From a virus (Duplodnaviria > Caudoviricetes), in the IMG/VR virus record IMGVR_UViG_3300032274_000009, positions 1 through 47,133 of that record: DNA of 47,133 nucleotides. One strand, written 5' to 3'. The notes beneath the pieces are model-generated. The model was not told the DNA's origin, ran no database searches, and worked only from the letters and a program-made list of their open reading frames with translations. This document shows, piece by piece, positions 1-7,906 of the stretch; the first letter of the stretch is position 1; every line of letters starts with the position of its first letter. The translations under genes were made by a program, and so were the position numbers.

Positions 1-410
1 ATCCCACCCGCAATGTCGATTGCGGCCTTCTCGAAGGTCCCGAGGTTCCGCTTGGACAGGACCCCCCACTCGTCGAGGACGTCCGTGGTCTCGATCTGGC
101 GCTTGAGCGGAGCGAGCTCCTCGGAGAACTCATACTTCTCAGGGAGCAGGATATTGGCGAGGGAGGTCAGCCCAAGGCGCCGGTCAATGAACCCCCCGGT
201 CGGGAAGTCGATTGCCATTTGGGCGAGGTTCCGGCCCGCGCTCTCGAAGTCCCCCATGAGGGCTGCCCGGGCCGCGAAGCCCGGGCGCCCCAGGAAACGG
301 AGGACGTTCCCAAAGGTGCTGTTGTCTTCGCCAGGCGAGACAGTGTGAGCGAGGGCCCTGCGATCAATGCCTCCAGGGACCCCGAGTGTGCTGCGGTCGA
401 ACCCGGCCAC
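1..410 (-). CDS. 5' part of an allelic variant of the 1246-aa internal virion protein, cut by the window edge
   Basis: Reads MAGFDRSTLG... like 43364-47104, with a few amino-acid differences (SLANILLP vs SIANVFIP, EEL vs EDL, RNL vs RDL). Confidence 0.85.
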   Translation of the reverse strand, partial: MAGFDRSTLGVPGGIDRRALAHTVSPGEDNSTFGNVLRFLGRPGFAARAALMGDFESAGRNLAQMAIDFPTGGFIDRRLGLTSLANILLPEKYEFSEELAPLKRQIETTDVLDEWGVLSKRNLGTFEKAAIDIAGG

Positions 411-439
411 TACTCAATCCCGATTAGCTTGAGAGCCTT
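1..439. repeat. Imperfect terminal repeat, copy 1 (matches 46695-47133)
   Basis: Colinear with no indels; about 27 substitutions counted by eye, all within 39-312; 313-439 (127 nt) is identical to the window end. Confidence 0.95.
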
Positions 440-1564
440 CTTCAGTTGAATCTCTCGGGTCTCGGGAATACGGAGGCCGGGGATCTTGGACATGAAGTCT
501 TGCACGTCGGACACGAAGGGGAACGCCTTCTTGATCTCCTCGTCCAGTCGAGCGTTGCTTGCCAGGAAGCCCTCGTCCCGAGGGTCCCCGTAGATCTCGT
601 GTTCGGCCTTGCGCTTAGCCACCTCTTGGAGGTCCTTCTTGATCGTGCGAAACGCCTTACGGGCCTCTTTGCCTCGGAGCGTGCTGTATGCGTCGTCCAT
701 GGCCTGGGAAGTGGCGAGGTCCCACTCTCCTCCGCCCATAATGTGGCGACGCAGGGGGTCGACGGCGGCCTCTGCCTCTTGGATCTCCGCGGCCTTGGCC
801 TTGGCAGCGGCCAGGGCCTTGGCCTGCTTGGTGCGGACCCCTGCGATCCGCTCATTGGAGGCCAGTTTCGCAGCCAACATGCCGGGCTCGTTCATGGTCT
901 GCATGATCTTGGCCCAGGACTCCCCGCCCTTGCGGGCTTGCTCCGTGTCAGCGAAACCCTTTTTGTCCGCGTAGCGCGAGGCCTCAAGGGCCTTGGCCTC
1001 CTCCATTGCACGGAAGGCGTCCCGCTCCTTCTCCAGGCCCATGAACTGCTGGGCGCTCTGCGCGTTCAGGAGGTCGTTTGTCCCGAAGCCCGCCTGCGCC
1101 TGCGCGGCCTGTTGCTGATTCTGGAGCCGGCTGAGGATCATTTGCTGGGGATCAACGGCCCCGGGCTGCCAGTCCCCCGAGGGGCCAGGGATCGACCGGA
1201 CGGAGAACCCGTCCTCTTGAGGGCGCCCGGCGCCGAGGTCGTGGCTGGCCGTGGACCCGAAACGGGGCTTGATCCCCATGGAGGACATGAGGCGCTGGAG
1301 CGCCTGCTCTCGCTGAGACCCCTGGGGTGACGAGGAGTAGCCCATGCTGGGCGCCGACATGCGGGCCTGTGCCTGGGCGAGACGCTGCTGTGCTGCCTGC
1401 TCCCGGAGCTCGAGCTCTCGCTGCTGGATCCGGTGGCGCTGGATCATGTCCTGCTGCGCCCGGTTGCTCTGCTCCCGGGCGCGGGCCTCCGCTTCACGCG
1501 GATCCGACAGAGCCCGGCCTAGCCCAGGGGCGAGGTTGAAAACGTCCTTTCGATACTGAGCCAT
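410..1564 (-). CDS. Putative internal virion/DNA ejection protein (384 aa)
   Basis: Q/A/E/R-rich helical composition; directly upstream of the large internal protein; TAATG coupling. Confidence 0.55.
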   Translation of the reverse strand: MAQYRKDVFNLAPGLGRALSDPREAEARAREQSNRAQQDMIQRHRIQQRELELREQAAQQRLAQAQARMSAPSMGYSSSPQGSQREQALQRLMSSMGIKPRFGSTASHDLGAGRPQEDGFSVRSIPGPSGDWQPGAVDPQQMILSRLQNQQQAAQAQAGFGTNDLLNAQSAQQFMGLEKERDAFRAMEEAKALEASRYADKKGFADTEQARKGGESWAKIMQTMNEPGMLAAKLASNERIAGVRTKQAKALAAAKAKAAEIQEAEAAVDPLRRHIMGGGEWDLATSQAMDDAYSTLRGKEARKAFRTIKKDLQEVAKRKAEHEIYGDPRDEGFLASNARLDEEIKKAFPFVSDVQDFMSKIPGLRIPETREIQLKKALKLIGIE

Positions 1565-2148
1565 TACGCCCCCAGTTCCGTCGCGTTGACGTAGGCCAAT
1601 TGGATCGTGGAGCAGACCGTGGCCGCTGCGCTCGGCTGGACCTCAAGGGCGACGGAGTCGCCCTGGCCCAGAATGAGGGCCCCCGAGAACTCTTCTACGG
1701 AGTGGCCCGGACCCCCGTTGATCCAGGTCCCCAGGACCGTAGCACCCGTGACCGTGTTGGTGTCCGCGCCAACCAGGGCCGTGCCCTCGAAGTCTTCCGC
1801 GGACGTGAAGTTCATTGCCAGCGGGGTGGAGGCCGTCCCTCCCGAGATCAGGGTCCCACCCGTGGGGTTCTTGAGGATCCTCCACTGGCAGTAGGCCGTG
1901 CCGCAGGTGCGGATAGCCATGACCGCGAGGGGCGTGGTGGAGGAGTTCTGAATGTAGACCAGGCCCGAGAAGGACCCCGTCGTGGTGAGGGCCACGAAGT
2001 CGGTCTTATACATGAACGCCTTGCCGTCACGGAGGCTGACCGCAGGGAGGAGCTCCAAGGTCTCGGCGTGGGTGCGGAGCCTGTTGTTGGAGTTCACCGA
2101 GGCCGAGAAGCCCTTGCCGGTGCCGTCCTTGATTACTGCTTCGCTCAT
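1564..2148 (-). CDS. Virion structural protein with IKDGTG N-terminal motif (paralog of 3233-3832)
   Basis: IKDGTGKG.SASV..NNRLRTHA start; shared KNPT.GTLIS motif; T/G/S-rich beta-type composition. Confidence 0.6.
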   Translation of the reverse strand: MSEAVIKDGTGKGFSASVNSNNRLRTHAETLELLPAVSLRDGKAFMYKTDFVALTTTGSFSGLVYIQNSSTTPLAVMAIRTCGTAYCQWRILKNPTGGTLISGGTASTPLAMNFTSAEDFEGTALVGADTNTVTGATVLGTWINGGPGHSVEEFSGALILGQGDSVALEVQPSAAATVCSTIQLAYVNATELGA

Positions 2149-3236
2149 AGCGTCTCCTCACTTCCCCTCAGCACGGCCCGGCATTCGAGAAGCCCGGTGA
2201 GGTCGTCGTTGATTTCGATTTCCATTCTCCCCAATCGCCTGAGGACAATGTCGTCTGCGAACACTGTGGACAGCGTGACGCTGGTGTTGGTCCCGTCGGA
2301 CACTACGGGCCCGAGGTCGAACCCTGCCAAGAAGAAGTCCGAGAGTTGTTTGAAGGTGGACGAGAACACAACCTTCTCGTCCTCATAGACCCTGAGAATG
2401 ATCCCAATGGAGAGGGCCGGGAGGCCCAGGAGGGTGTTGTAGGCCAGCCCCGGGACCGTGCCGTTCGCCACCGTGCTGGCGACGTTGTCGGCCAAGGTGA
2501 ACCGAATCTCCCGAGCAAAGTAGTTGGTCCCGTCAGTAGGTTCCACCACGTAGCGGTATTCCACCCCGCCGCCCGTGAGTTCAACCTGGAGGTCGTCAAT
2601 GAAGAAGTCCGGGGTCGTGGCCCCCACGACCCCCACGACCTCAAGGCGAAAGGCGTCCAGGGTGGCCGTGGCTACCCCGAGGTCGGCCAGGGGGATCGAG
2701 ACGAGTTGCCACACGTCGAAAGAGTTTTGAGTGAAGTAGTTCTCGATCTTGACTCGGGTCCCGACCTGCGTCCCGCCCCCTGTGTCCCACCCGTAGAGTT
2801 CCACAGACTCTACGGGGTTACTGCTCCAGCCCCGGTTGACGTTGATCGCGAAGGTGACCGCGGAATACCCGGTGAGATCTTGGGCAGACCCCTTGTCGAA
2901 TTGGAAGGTGTCTCCGACCGCCCCTCTGTTGTAACGGAGGCTGGCCGCCCCTGAATAGGCCCGGTTGGTGCTGTCGCTCCAGACCGTCCCAATGATTGCG
3001 GTCCCTGTCCAATAGGTGTTGTCGTTCCCGTCGTAGATCGGAATGGGCGCCCCGGTGAAGGTGGCGTCCACGGCCATGTTGGCCCCTTGAGAGGGGCTGG
3101 AAAAAGAAATGAGCTTGGTTGCCTTTTGACGCAGGGGTTCAGTGAAGACGGCCAGGCCCTTCCAGCCGTTCTTCTGGAGGACCGAGGCCACATGGCCCTG
3201 TCCCTCCCCGTCCTTTAGTTGGACCTCAATGCTCAT
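2145..3236 (-). CDS. Virion protein with a carbohydrate-binding-like central domain
   Basis: LKDGEGQG..ASV start; WQLVSIPLADLG...FFIDDLQV resembles CBM/galactose-binding jelly-roll motifs. Confidence 0.5.
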   Translation of the reverse strand: MSIEVQLKDGEGQGHVASVLQKNGWKGLAVFTEPLRQKATKLISFSSPSQGANMAVDATFTGAPIPIYDGNDNTYWTGTAIIGTVWSDSTNRAYSGAASLRYNRGAVGDTFQFDKGSAQDLTGYSAVTFAINVNRGWSSNPVESVELYGWDTGGGTQVGTRVKIENYFTQNSFDVWQLVSIPLADLGVATATLDAFRLEVVGVVGATTPDFFIDDLQVELTGGGVEYRYVVEPTDGTNYFAREIRFTLADNVASTVANGTVPGLAYNTLLGLPALSIGIILRVYEDEKVVFSSTFKQLSDFFLAGFDLGPVVSDGTNTSVTLSTVFADDIVLRRLGRMEIEINDDLTGLLECRAVLRGSEETL

Positions 3237-3832
3237 TCGTCGTAGTCCTCCTCGAGGCTGCCAATGATCGCTGCCGAGCAGAGGCAGGAGGTGTTGCCGA
3301 GGTATTCGTAGGTGACCGCCACGGAGTCGCCCTTGGTGAGGATCTCGTCAATCGCGAAGAAGATCCGCCCGCCCGAGGACATGGAGGCGATATGCACGGA
3401 CCCGTCCGTGATCGTCTTGTCCGTGCCCGAGGCGTTGTAGACAAGGCTGTCCGCCAGGGTCAGGCTCGAGCCGAAGTTTCGGTTGGAGGAGATCACCCCA
3501 GAGGTGTTGGCGTCAGAGATCAAGGTTCCGGTCGTGGGGTTCTTGTAGACCCGGATCAGGCAGTTGGTCCCGCCCGTAGACGGGCCCAGGATCGTGACGA
3601 TCCCTCGGATTCGGAACCTCCGGTCTTCTCCGTTCTTGAAGTAGAGGACCCCGCTCTCGTTGGCGCTGGTGACCGTGACCCCTGCAGCACCGGAGTTGAG
3701 GTTGAAGGACCCTCCCTCGTCGGTAATGTGCTCGTTCATGGCCAAGGTAGTGGCGTGGACCCGGAGCCTGTTCTCCTCGTCCACCTGGGCTTCGCGGCCG
3801 GAGCCCGTGCCGTCTTTGATCTTGAAGGACAT
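3233..3832 (-). CDS. Virion structural protein with IKDGTG N-terminal motif
   Basis: IKDGTGSGREAQVDEENRLRVHA; aligns by eye with 1564-2148. Confidence 0.6.
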   Translation of the reverse strand: MSFKIKDGTGSGREAQVDEENRLRVHATTLAMNEHITDEGGSFNLNSGAAGVTVTSANESGVLYFKNGEDRRFRIRGIVTILGPSTGGTNCLIRVYKNPTTGTLISDANTSGVISSNRNFGSSLTLADSLVYNASGTDKTITDGSVHIASMSSGGRIFFAIDEILTKGDSVAVTYEYLGNTSCLCSAAIIGSLEEDYDE

Positions 3833-3833
3833 G

Positions 3834-4037
3834 CTAGGTCTCCAGCCCTGAGATCGCGCTCAAGTGAAGGTTCATGAGTTTGAGTTCCTCGAGGATCGAC
3901 CCGAGGGTTGTCTGAGAGGTGAGGTCCTGAGTCGCCAGGGAGGTCTTGTTCCCCTTCGTCTCGGTCGAGATCTCGGTCCCGTCGCCGGCCTTAAGGACCC
4001 CGTCGCTCGGCTGGGCCAATACCCCGCGGAAGGCCAC
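3834..4037 (-). CDS. Small virion-associated protein (67 aa)
   Basis: GTG start in a TAGTG overlap with the upstream stop; ends ILEELKLMNLHLSAISGLET. Confidence 0.55.
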   Translation of the reverse strand: MAFRGVLAQPSDGVLKAGDGTEISTETKGNKTSLATQDLTSQTTLGSILEELKLMNLHLSAISGLET

Positions 4038-4522
4038 TAGTTGAGTTCGGTCACGGTGATTCGGCAGGACCAGTCGCAGTTGGTTGCGGGCCCCTCCCAA
4101 CGAAGGTCCAGCACCTCGCCAGCGGCAAGGTTGATCTGTCTCGTTCCCTTGAACCGCATGTTCAAGGTGTTGGCTGCGTGTATCTGGACCGCCGCGAACC
4201 AAGCGTCGTATTCAGCCGCGTCCACATACGCGAGGATTCGAATGAGCGCATTCGCGCCGTAGCTGATAGGGGACCCGTCACCAAAGAAACTAACCAGGAT
4301 CGAAATGTCCTTGTTCGCGGTGTATTTCCACTGCGAACTCACGGTCGTGACCGTGCCCCCCGCTAGAGTGTCCTCTACCTGGGTCGCGCACTCTAGGATC
4401 GTTCGCCCGGCGTTAAGGGTCTGGGCCGAGGAGGTGTAGACCGCTCGCGGGCGTTTGGTAAGGGAGACGCTCCCTCCTCCGGCAGTCCCCCCCGCGGCAA
4501 TGCTGCTGGTCCCGAATCCCAT
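4037..4522 (-). CDS. Putative beta-sandwich virion protein
   Basis: Gly-rich N-terminal linker then alternating beta-strand pattern; coupled on both sides. Confidence 0.5.
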   Translation of the reverse strand: MGFGTSSIAAGGTAGGGSVSLTKRPRAVYTSSAQTLNAGRTILECATQVEDTLAGGTVTTVSSQWKYTANKDISILVSFFGDGSPISYGANALIRILAYVDAAEYDAWFAAVQIHAANTLNMRFKGTRQINLAAGEVLDLRWEGPATNCDWSCRITVTELN

Positions 4523-4893
4523 TAGAGGATTCCCTGCGCGGTGCAGGCCAGAGTGCCTCCGGTGCCGCCCGTGCGCTTCGCGTGGACTTTGACTCGGCCC
4601 GCGGCGCTCGTGTCGAGCTCAACCACAATGGCCCGGGTTGCAGCGTCGGTGTCGGTCTGCTCAGCCACGTCCATGGTGAGGTCGGCCTTGACCAGGTCGT
4701 AGTAGGTCGTGCCGTCGAGGCTATAGGAGACCTTGAACTCCCACGACGTGGCGTCCGTGTAGGCGTAGTCGAAGTAGAGGCAAATGACCCTGCGGCCTTG
4801 CGTGTCCACGTCGAGTTCCCAGCCCGAGGCATAGGCCGTGGTGAGGGCCGTGACCGCCTTTTCGGCGAGGGTCTTGGGTGCTTTGTAGCTCAT
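4522..4893 (-). CDS. Hypothetical virion protein (123 aa)
   Basis: T-rich beta-type ORF in the structural operon, TAATG-coupled. Confidence 0.55.
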   Translation of the reverse strand: MSYKAPKTLAEKAVTALTTAYASGWELDVDTQGRRVICLYFDYAYTDATSWEFKVSYSLDGTTYYDLVKADLTMDVAEQTDTDAATRAIVVELDTSAAGRVKVHAKRTGGTGGTLACTAQGIL

Positions 4894-4896
4894 GGT

Positions 4897-5727
4897 TTAA
4901 AATCCGTAGGTGGAGAAGAAGTTGGCCTGTTGTCGGGACCAATCGTCGGCCTGGCGCTGCCGGGTCTGTTGGCTTTGCTCCCAACTCTTCACGGCTTGAT
5001 TGTATTGGCCTCGGGCCATGCGATCCCCGCCCGAATTGAGCCCCATGGAGGAGGTGCCTCCAAGCCCAAACTGCTGCTCAGTGGGGCGCCCGCCCCACAT
5101 TCCGCCCGAGGCAAAGGGGTTCGCTCCCATGAAGCGCTTCCTCATGGCGTCGTCACCTCGGTCGGCCTGCACCGTTGCAGACCCTGAGGGTCCGGTCGGG
5201 CCGGGCTGCCCTAGAGGAGTGGAGACCTGAGCCACGTTGGTGGCGTCCCCGGTGGCGTGCTGCTGTCCGCGGGCGCTGGCCTCTGCGAACTGTGCGGCCT
5301 GCATGGACTGCTGCTTCTGGGCCAGGAAATTCTGGACTTGCTGCTGGGCCCGCTCGCGGGCCTGGAAGTTCTCAAGGTGCGCTCGGCTGGTGATCTCCCG
5401 ACGACCCGTCCGGGTCGCGGCGTTGGCCTTCCGTCGCGACTGGATCATGGCCTGGGCCTGGAGCCCGCTGCCGCCCATACCCGCGTTGGAGAAGGCGCGG
5501 CGGATCATGTCCTGTTCGCCCGCTACCCTGCCTGCCGAGGCGTCGGCGTTGGCGGCATACATGCCGGAGGTCACGTCCGCGCCAAACGGACTGGTCGTCC
5601 CTGCCGCTCGGCCTTGGAGTTGGGCCATGAGCGCCTGGGACTCGGGGTTGTCGTAGAAGGACCCGGCCTGTCCATACAGGCCAAAGATCTTCTCGCGCTC
5701 TTGGGCTAGGAGGTCTTCAGGGTCCAC
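4897..5727 (-). CDS. Putative DNA ejection/pilot protein (276 aa)
   Basis: Q/A/G-rich low-complexity helical protein typical of podovirus internal proteins; GTG start in TAGTG. Confidence 0.5.
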   Translation of the reverse strand: MDPEDLLAQEREKIFGLYGQAGSFYDNPESQALMAQLQGRAAGTTSPFGADVTSGMYAANADASAGRVAGEQDMIRRAFSNAGMGGSGLQAQAMIQSRRKANAATRTGRREITSRAHLENFQARERAQQQVQNFLAQKQQSMQAAQFAEASARGQQHATGDATNVAQVSTPLGQPGPTGPSGSATVQADRGDDAMRKRFMGANPFASGGMWGGRPTEQQFGLGGTSSMGLNSGGDRMARGQYNQAVKSWEQSQQTRQRQADDWSRQQANFFSTYGF

Positions 5728-6080
5728 TAGTAGTTTTCCTGCTTGGGCTTCTGCTTGGGCTTGAGGGTGTGGCTCTCAGCGTTCTTCGGGAGCTTCCGAA
5801 GAGTGCCTCCGGCCTGGAGGTGGAGGCGTTTCGCTGCGTCGATCCAGCGCTGCCTGTTCCTGAGAATGTGGATCAGGTCCCGGTAGGGGAGGACCGTTTG
5901 ACCTTTGGGAGTCTCTGGTGCGGACCACTTCCGGGAGTCAACCCGGAGGACCTCGTCAGGGAGCCTCACCACCGGCTTCGGTTTCGGTTTCGGGGCCGGC
6001 TTCGGCGGCGGCGTCGCCGAGCAACCCAGCAAGCTGCTCAGTAGGAGACAAATTCCCAAGACGTTCAAATTCTTCTTCAC
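5727..6080 (-). CDS. Lipoprotein, putative o-spanin
   Basis: Signal peptide with lipobox LLG-C followed by a Pro-rich linker; overlaps the 3' end of the i-spanin-like gene. Confidence 0.65.
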   Translation of the reverse strand: MKKNLNVLGICLLLSSLLGCSATPPPKPAPKPKPKPVVRLPDEVLRVDSRKWSAPETPKGQTVLPYRDLIHILRNRQRWIDAAKRLHLQAGGTLRKLPKNAESHTLKPKQKPKQENY

Positions 6081-6282
6081 GTTCGATCACCTCGTTAGCA
6101 GCCTCTTGCACCGCGAGGGCCTGTGCCTTCGCCTCTGCTGCCTGGGCCTCAGCCTGAGCAAGCCTGTTCTCAAGAAGCCTGGCCCGTGCTCGGTAGAGCT
6201 TAGAGGCTGCGAATGCGCCGGCCCCCAGGAGAGCGACAGTAGCCACTCCTCCAACCACCAAGAGGATCCACGGGGCGACCAC
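5956..6282 (-). CDS. Putative i-spanin
   Basis: Single N-terminal TM helix then A/E/Q coiled coil; overlaps the lipoprotein gene. Confidence 0.6.
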   Translation of the reverse strand: MVAPWILLVVGGVATVALLGAGAFAASKLYRARARLLENRLAQAEAQAAEAKAQALAVQEAANEVIEREEEFERLGNLSPTEQLAGLLGDAAAEAGPETETEAGGEAP

Positions 6283-6286
6283 GGGA

Positions 6287-6481
6287 TCAAGCCTGTGGCC
6301 CGGGTCCGATCATGTCGTCGGAGCCGAGGCGTTGGAGCTTGTTGCCGAGACCCCAGGCCGCGAGGGCGTTGAGGCCCAACTGAATGGCCGTGGCCCAATC
6401 CTTCTGCACCGCGGCGCCAATGGCCGCAACGAGGAGGCCAATGGCCGCAGTGGTCGTCTTCTTGCCTTCAAGTTTCTTCAT
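6287..6481 (-). CDS. Putative holin (64 aa)
   Basis: L.GKKT N-terminus and two hydrophobic segments, next to the spanin-like pair. Confidence 0.55.
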   Translation of the reverse strand: MKKLEGKKTTTAAIGLLVAAIGAAVQKDWATAIQLGLNALAAWGLGNKLQRLGSDDMIGPGPQA

Positions 6482-6490
6482 AGGCTGCCT

Positions 6491-6501
6491 ACCATACCAC
6501 A
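6491..6501 (-). promoter_or_regulatory. Extended -10 promoter candidate TGTGG-TATGGT
   Basis: 9 nt upstream of the holin ATG; the same motif class occurs at 22397-22407 and 26066-26076. Confidence 0.45.
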
Positions 6502-6511
6502 GGTTCAGACG

Positions 6512-7906
6512 CTAGCGCCAATTCACCTCGAGCAACCCGACCCGTATGTCGAGAGCGGTGAAGGTCTTAGGGTGCGCGAGGTCGAGAATAAAGTTGACGG
6601 GATACCCTGGGCGCCAGTCGGGCCCGAGCTCCTCAGCCGTGAGTTTGATCTCCACGTAGTCCGAGTCGGCGATACTTCCGCCGCTCTCCGAGACCGTGCG
6701 GGCCTTGGTCTTGTAGGTCCCGGGGTTGACCGGGTCCTCCACTTTCAGCGTCAAAATGCACGCTGTAGAGGCTGAAACACCTGTGAGGTTGACCTTGGAT
6801 CGGATCGTCACCCCCCTGGTGCGCCAGGCTCGGAAGTTGTAGGGCACTCGGACGATCCCAGAGACCTGGTGCTCGTTGGAGGTGTTGCCCCCGGAGGTCC
6901 CCCCCGAAGAGACGAACTTGCAGACCCCCGCGGTCTTGCCGTCGTCCGTGTCGAGGTCGTTGGTGATCGCTCCTCCAGGGAACGTCGAGGTGTTGGGAGC
7001 GAGCCACCTGCCGGCCACCTGGCCCCAGGACACCGGGGCCTCTTGGCCCACTGAGGTAGGGTCGGCCTCAGCCTTAATGATCCAGGTCATGCCGACGCTG
7101 GGGTTCATGATTGTGTGGGCGTTGTCCGACCCTCCTCGTGCGACCGAGATCCCCGTGGTGCTGGAGCCCCCCGTGCCGGGGGTGGTAGACCCTCCTGCTC
7201 CGGGCGAGGGGAGGGAGGTGTTGCCGGGGCTCGTAAGGGTGGTGGGCTGCGTGTAAGTGGTAGAGGTGAAGGTGCCTGTGAGGGTCTTAATTGACCCTCC
7301 CGTCCCAGACCCTGTGGTCGGGAGAAGGTGATTGTGCTGAGCCCCCGCGTGGACGTGGGCCGAGACCTCGTGAGTGTGGGCCGCCCCAGTGTGCGTGTGC
7401 CCCGGGTCCGTGACCGAGAGGTTCCCGCTCGGCAGTTCTGCCACACTCAGTTGGTGGGTCTCCCCTCCATATTGCACGGCCAAGGTCCGAGTGGTCAGCC
7501 CTGTCCCGGTCCCAGTCCCGATAGGCACCCGGCCTTGGAGGTCCGGGACGTTGAAGGTCCCCCCGCTGCCTCCGAACGTGTATCCGATCTGAGCGAAAAG
7601 GTTGGGGTATGACGTAGTGCTGAGGCCCTGCCCGTTGCACCCTACCCAGTGGTTCGGGGGATTAGCGTGGCCCCACGCGGCCAGGATCCCGGTCGGGAGT
7701 TGGTCGGACCCCTTGATCCCAGAGGAGAAGGGATATGCCTCGACCGGGACCGGGCGAACGATCCGGTCCTGCTGCTGGACCAGAGTCAACCCGTCGCGGA
7801 CAACCTGCATGGCTGCAGAGAGACGCTCAAGGGTCTCGTGAAGGAGGCCCCGGCCTTGGTTCTGCGTAATGTCGCTGGTGAGTTCCAGCAGGTTGTAGCG
7901 GCTCAC
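6512..7906 (-). CDS. Tail fibre protein with phage tail-collar domain
   Basis: PTGILAAWG..PPNHWVGCNGQ...YPNLFAQIGYTFGG....FNVPDLQGRVPIG plus H.H repeats and A.HTIMNP...WIIK. Confidence 0.85.
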   Translation of the reverse strand: MSRYNLLELTSDITQNQGRGLLHETLERLSAAMQVVRDGLTLVQQQDRIVRPVPVEAYPFSSGIKGSDQLPTGILAAWGHANPPNHWVGCNGQGLSTTSYPNLFAQIGYTFGGSGGTFNVPDLQGRVPIGTGTGTGLTTRTLAVQYGGETHQLSVAELPSGNLSVTDPGHTHTGAAHTHEVSAHVHAGAQHNHLLPTTGSGTGGSIKTLTGTFTSTTYTQPTTLTSPGNTSLPSPGAGGSTTPGTGGSSTTGISVARGGSDNAHTIMNPSVGMTWIIKAEADPTSVGQEAPVSWGQVAGRWLAPNTSTFPGGAITNDLDTDDGKTAGVCKFVSSGGTSGGNTSNEHQVSGIVRVPYNFRAWRTRGVTIRSKVNLTGVSASTACILTLKVEDPVNPGTYKTKARTVSESGGSIADSDYVEIKLTAEELGPDWRPGYPVNFILDLAHPKTFTALDIRVGLLEVNWR

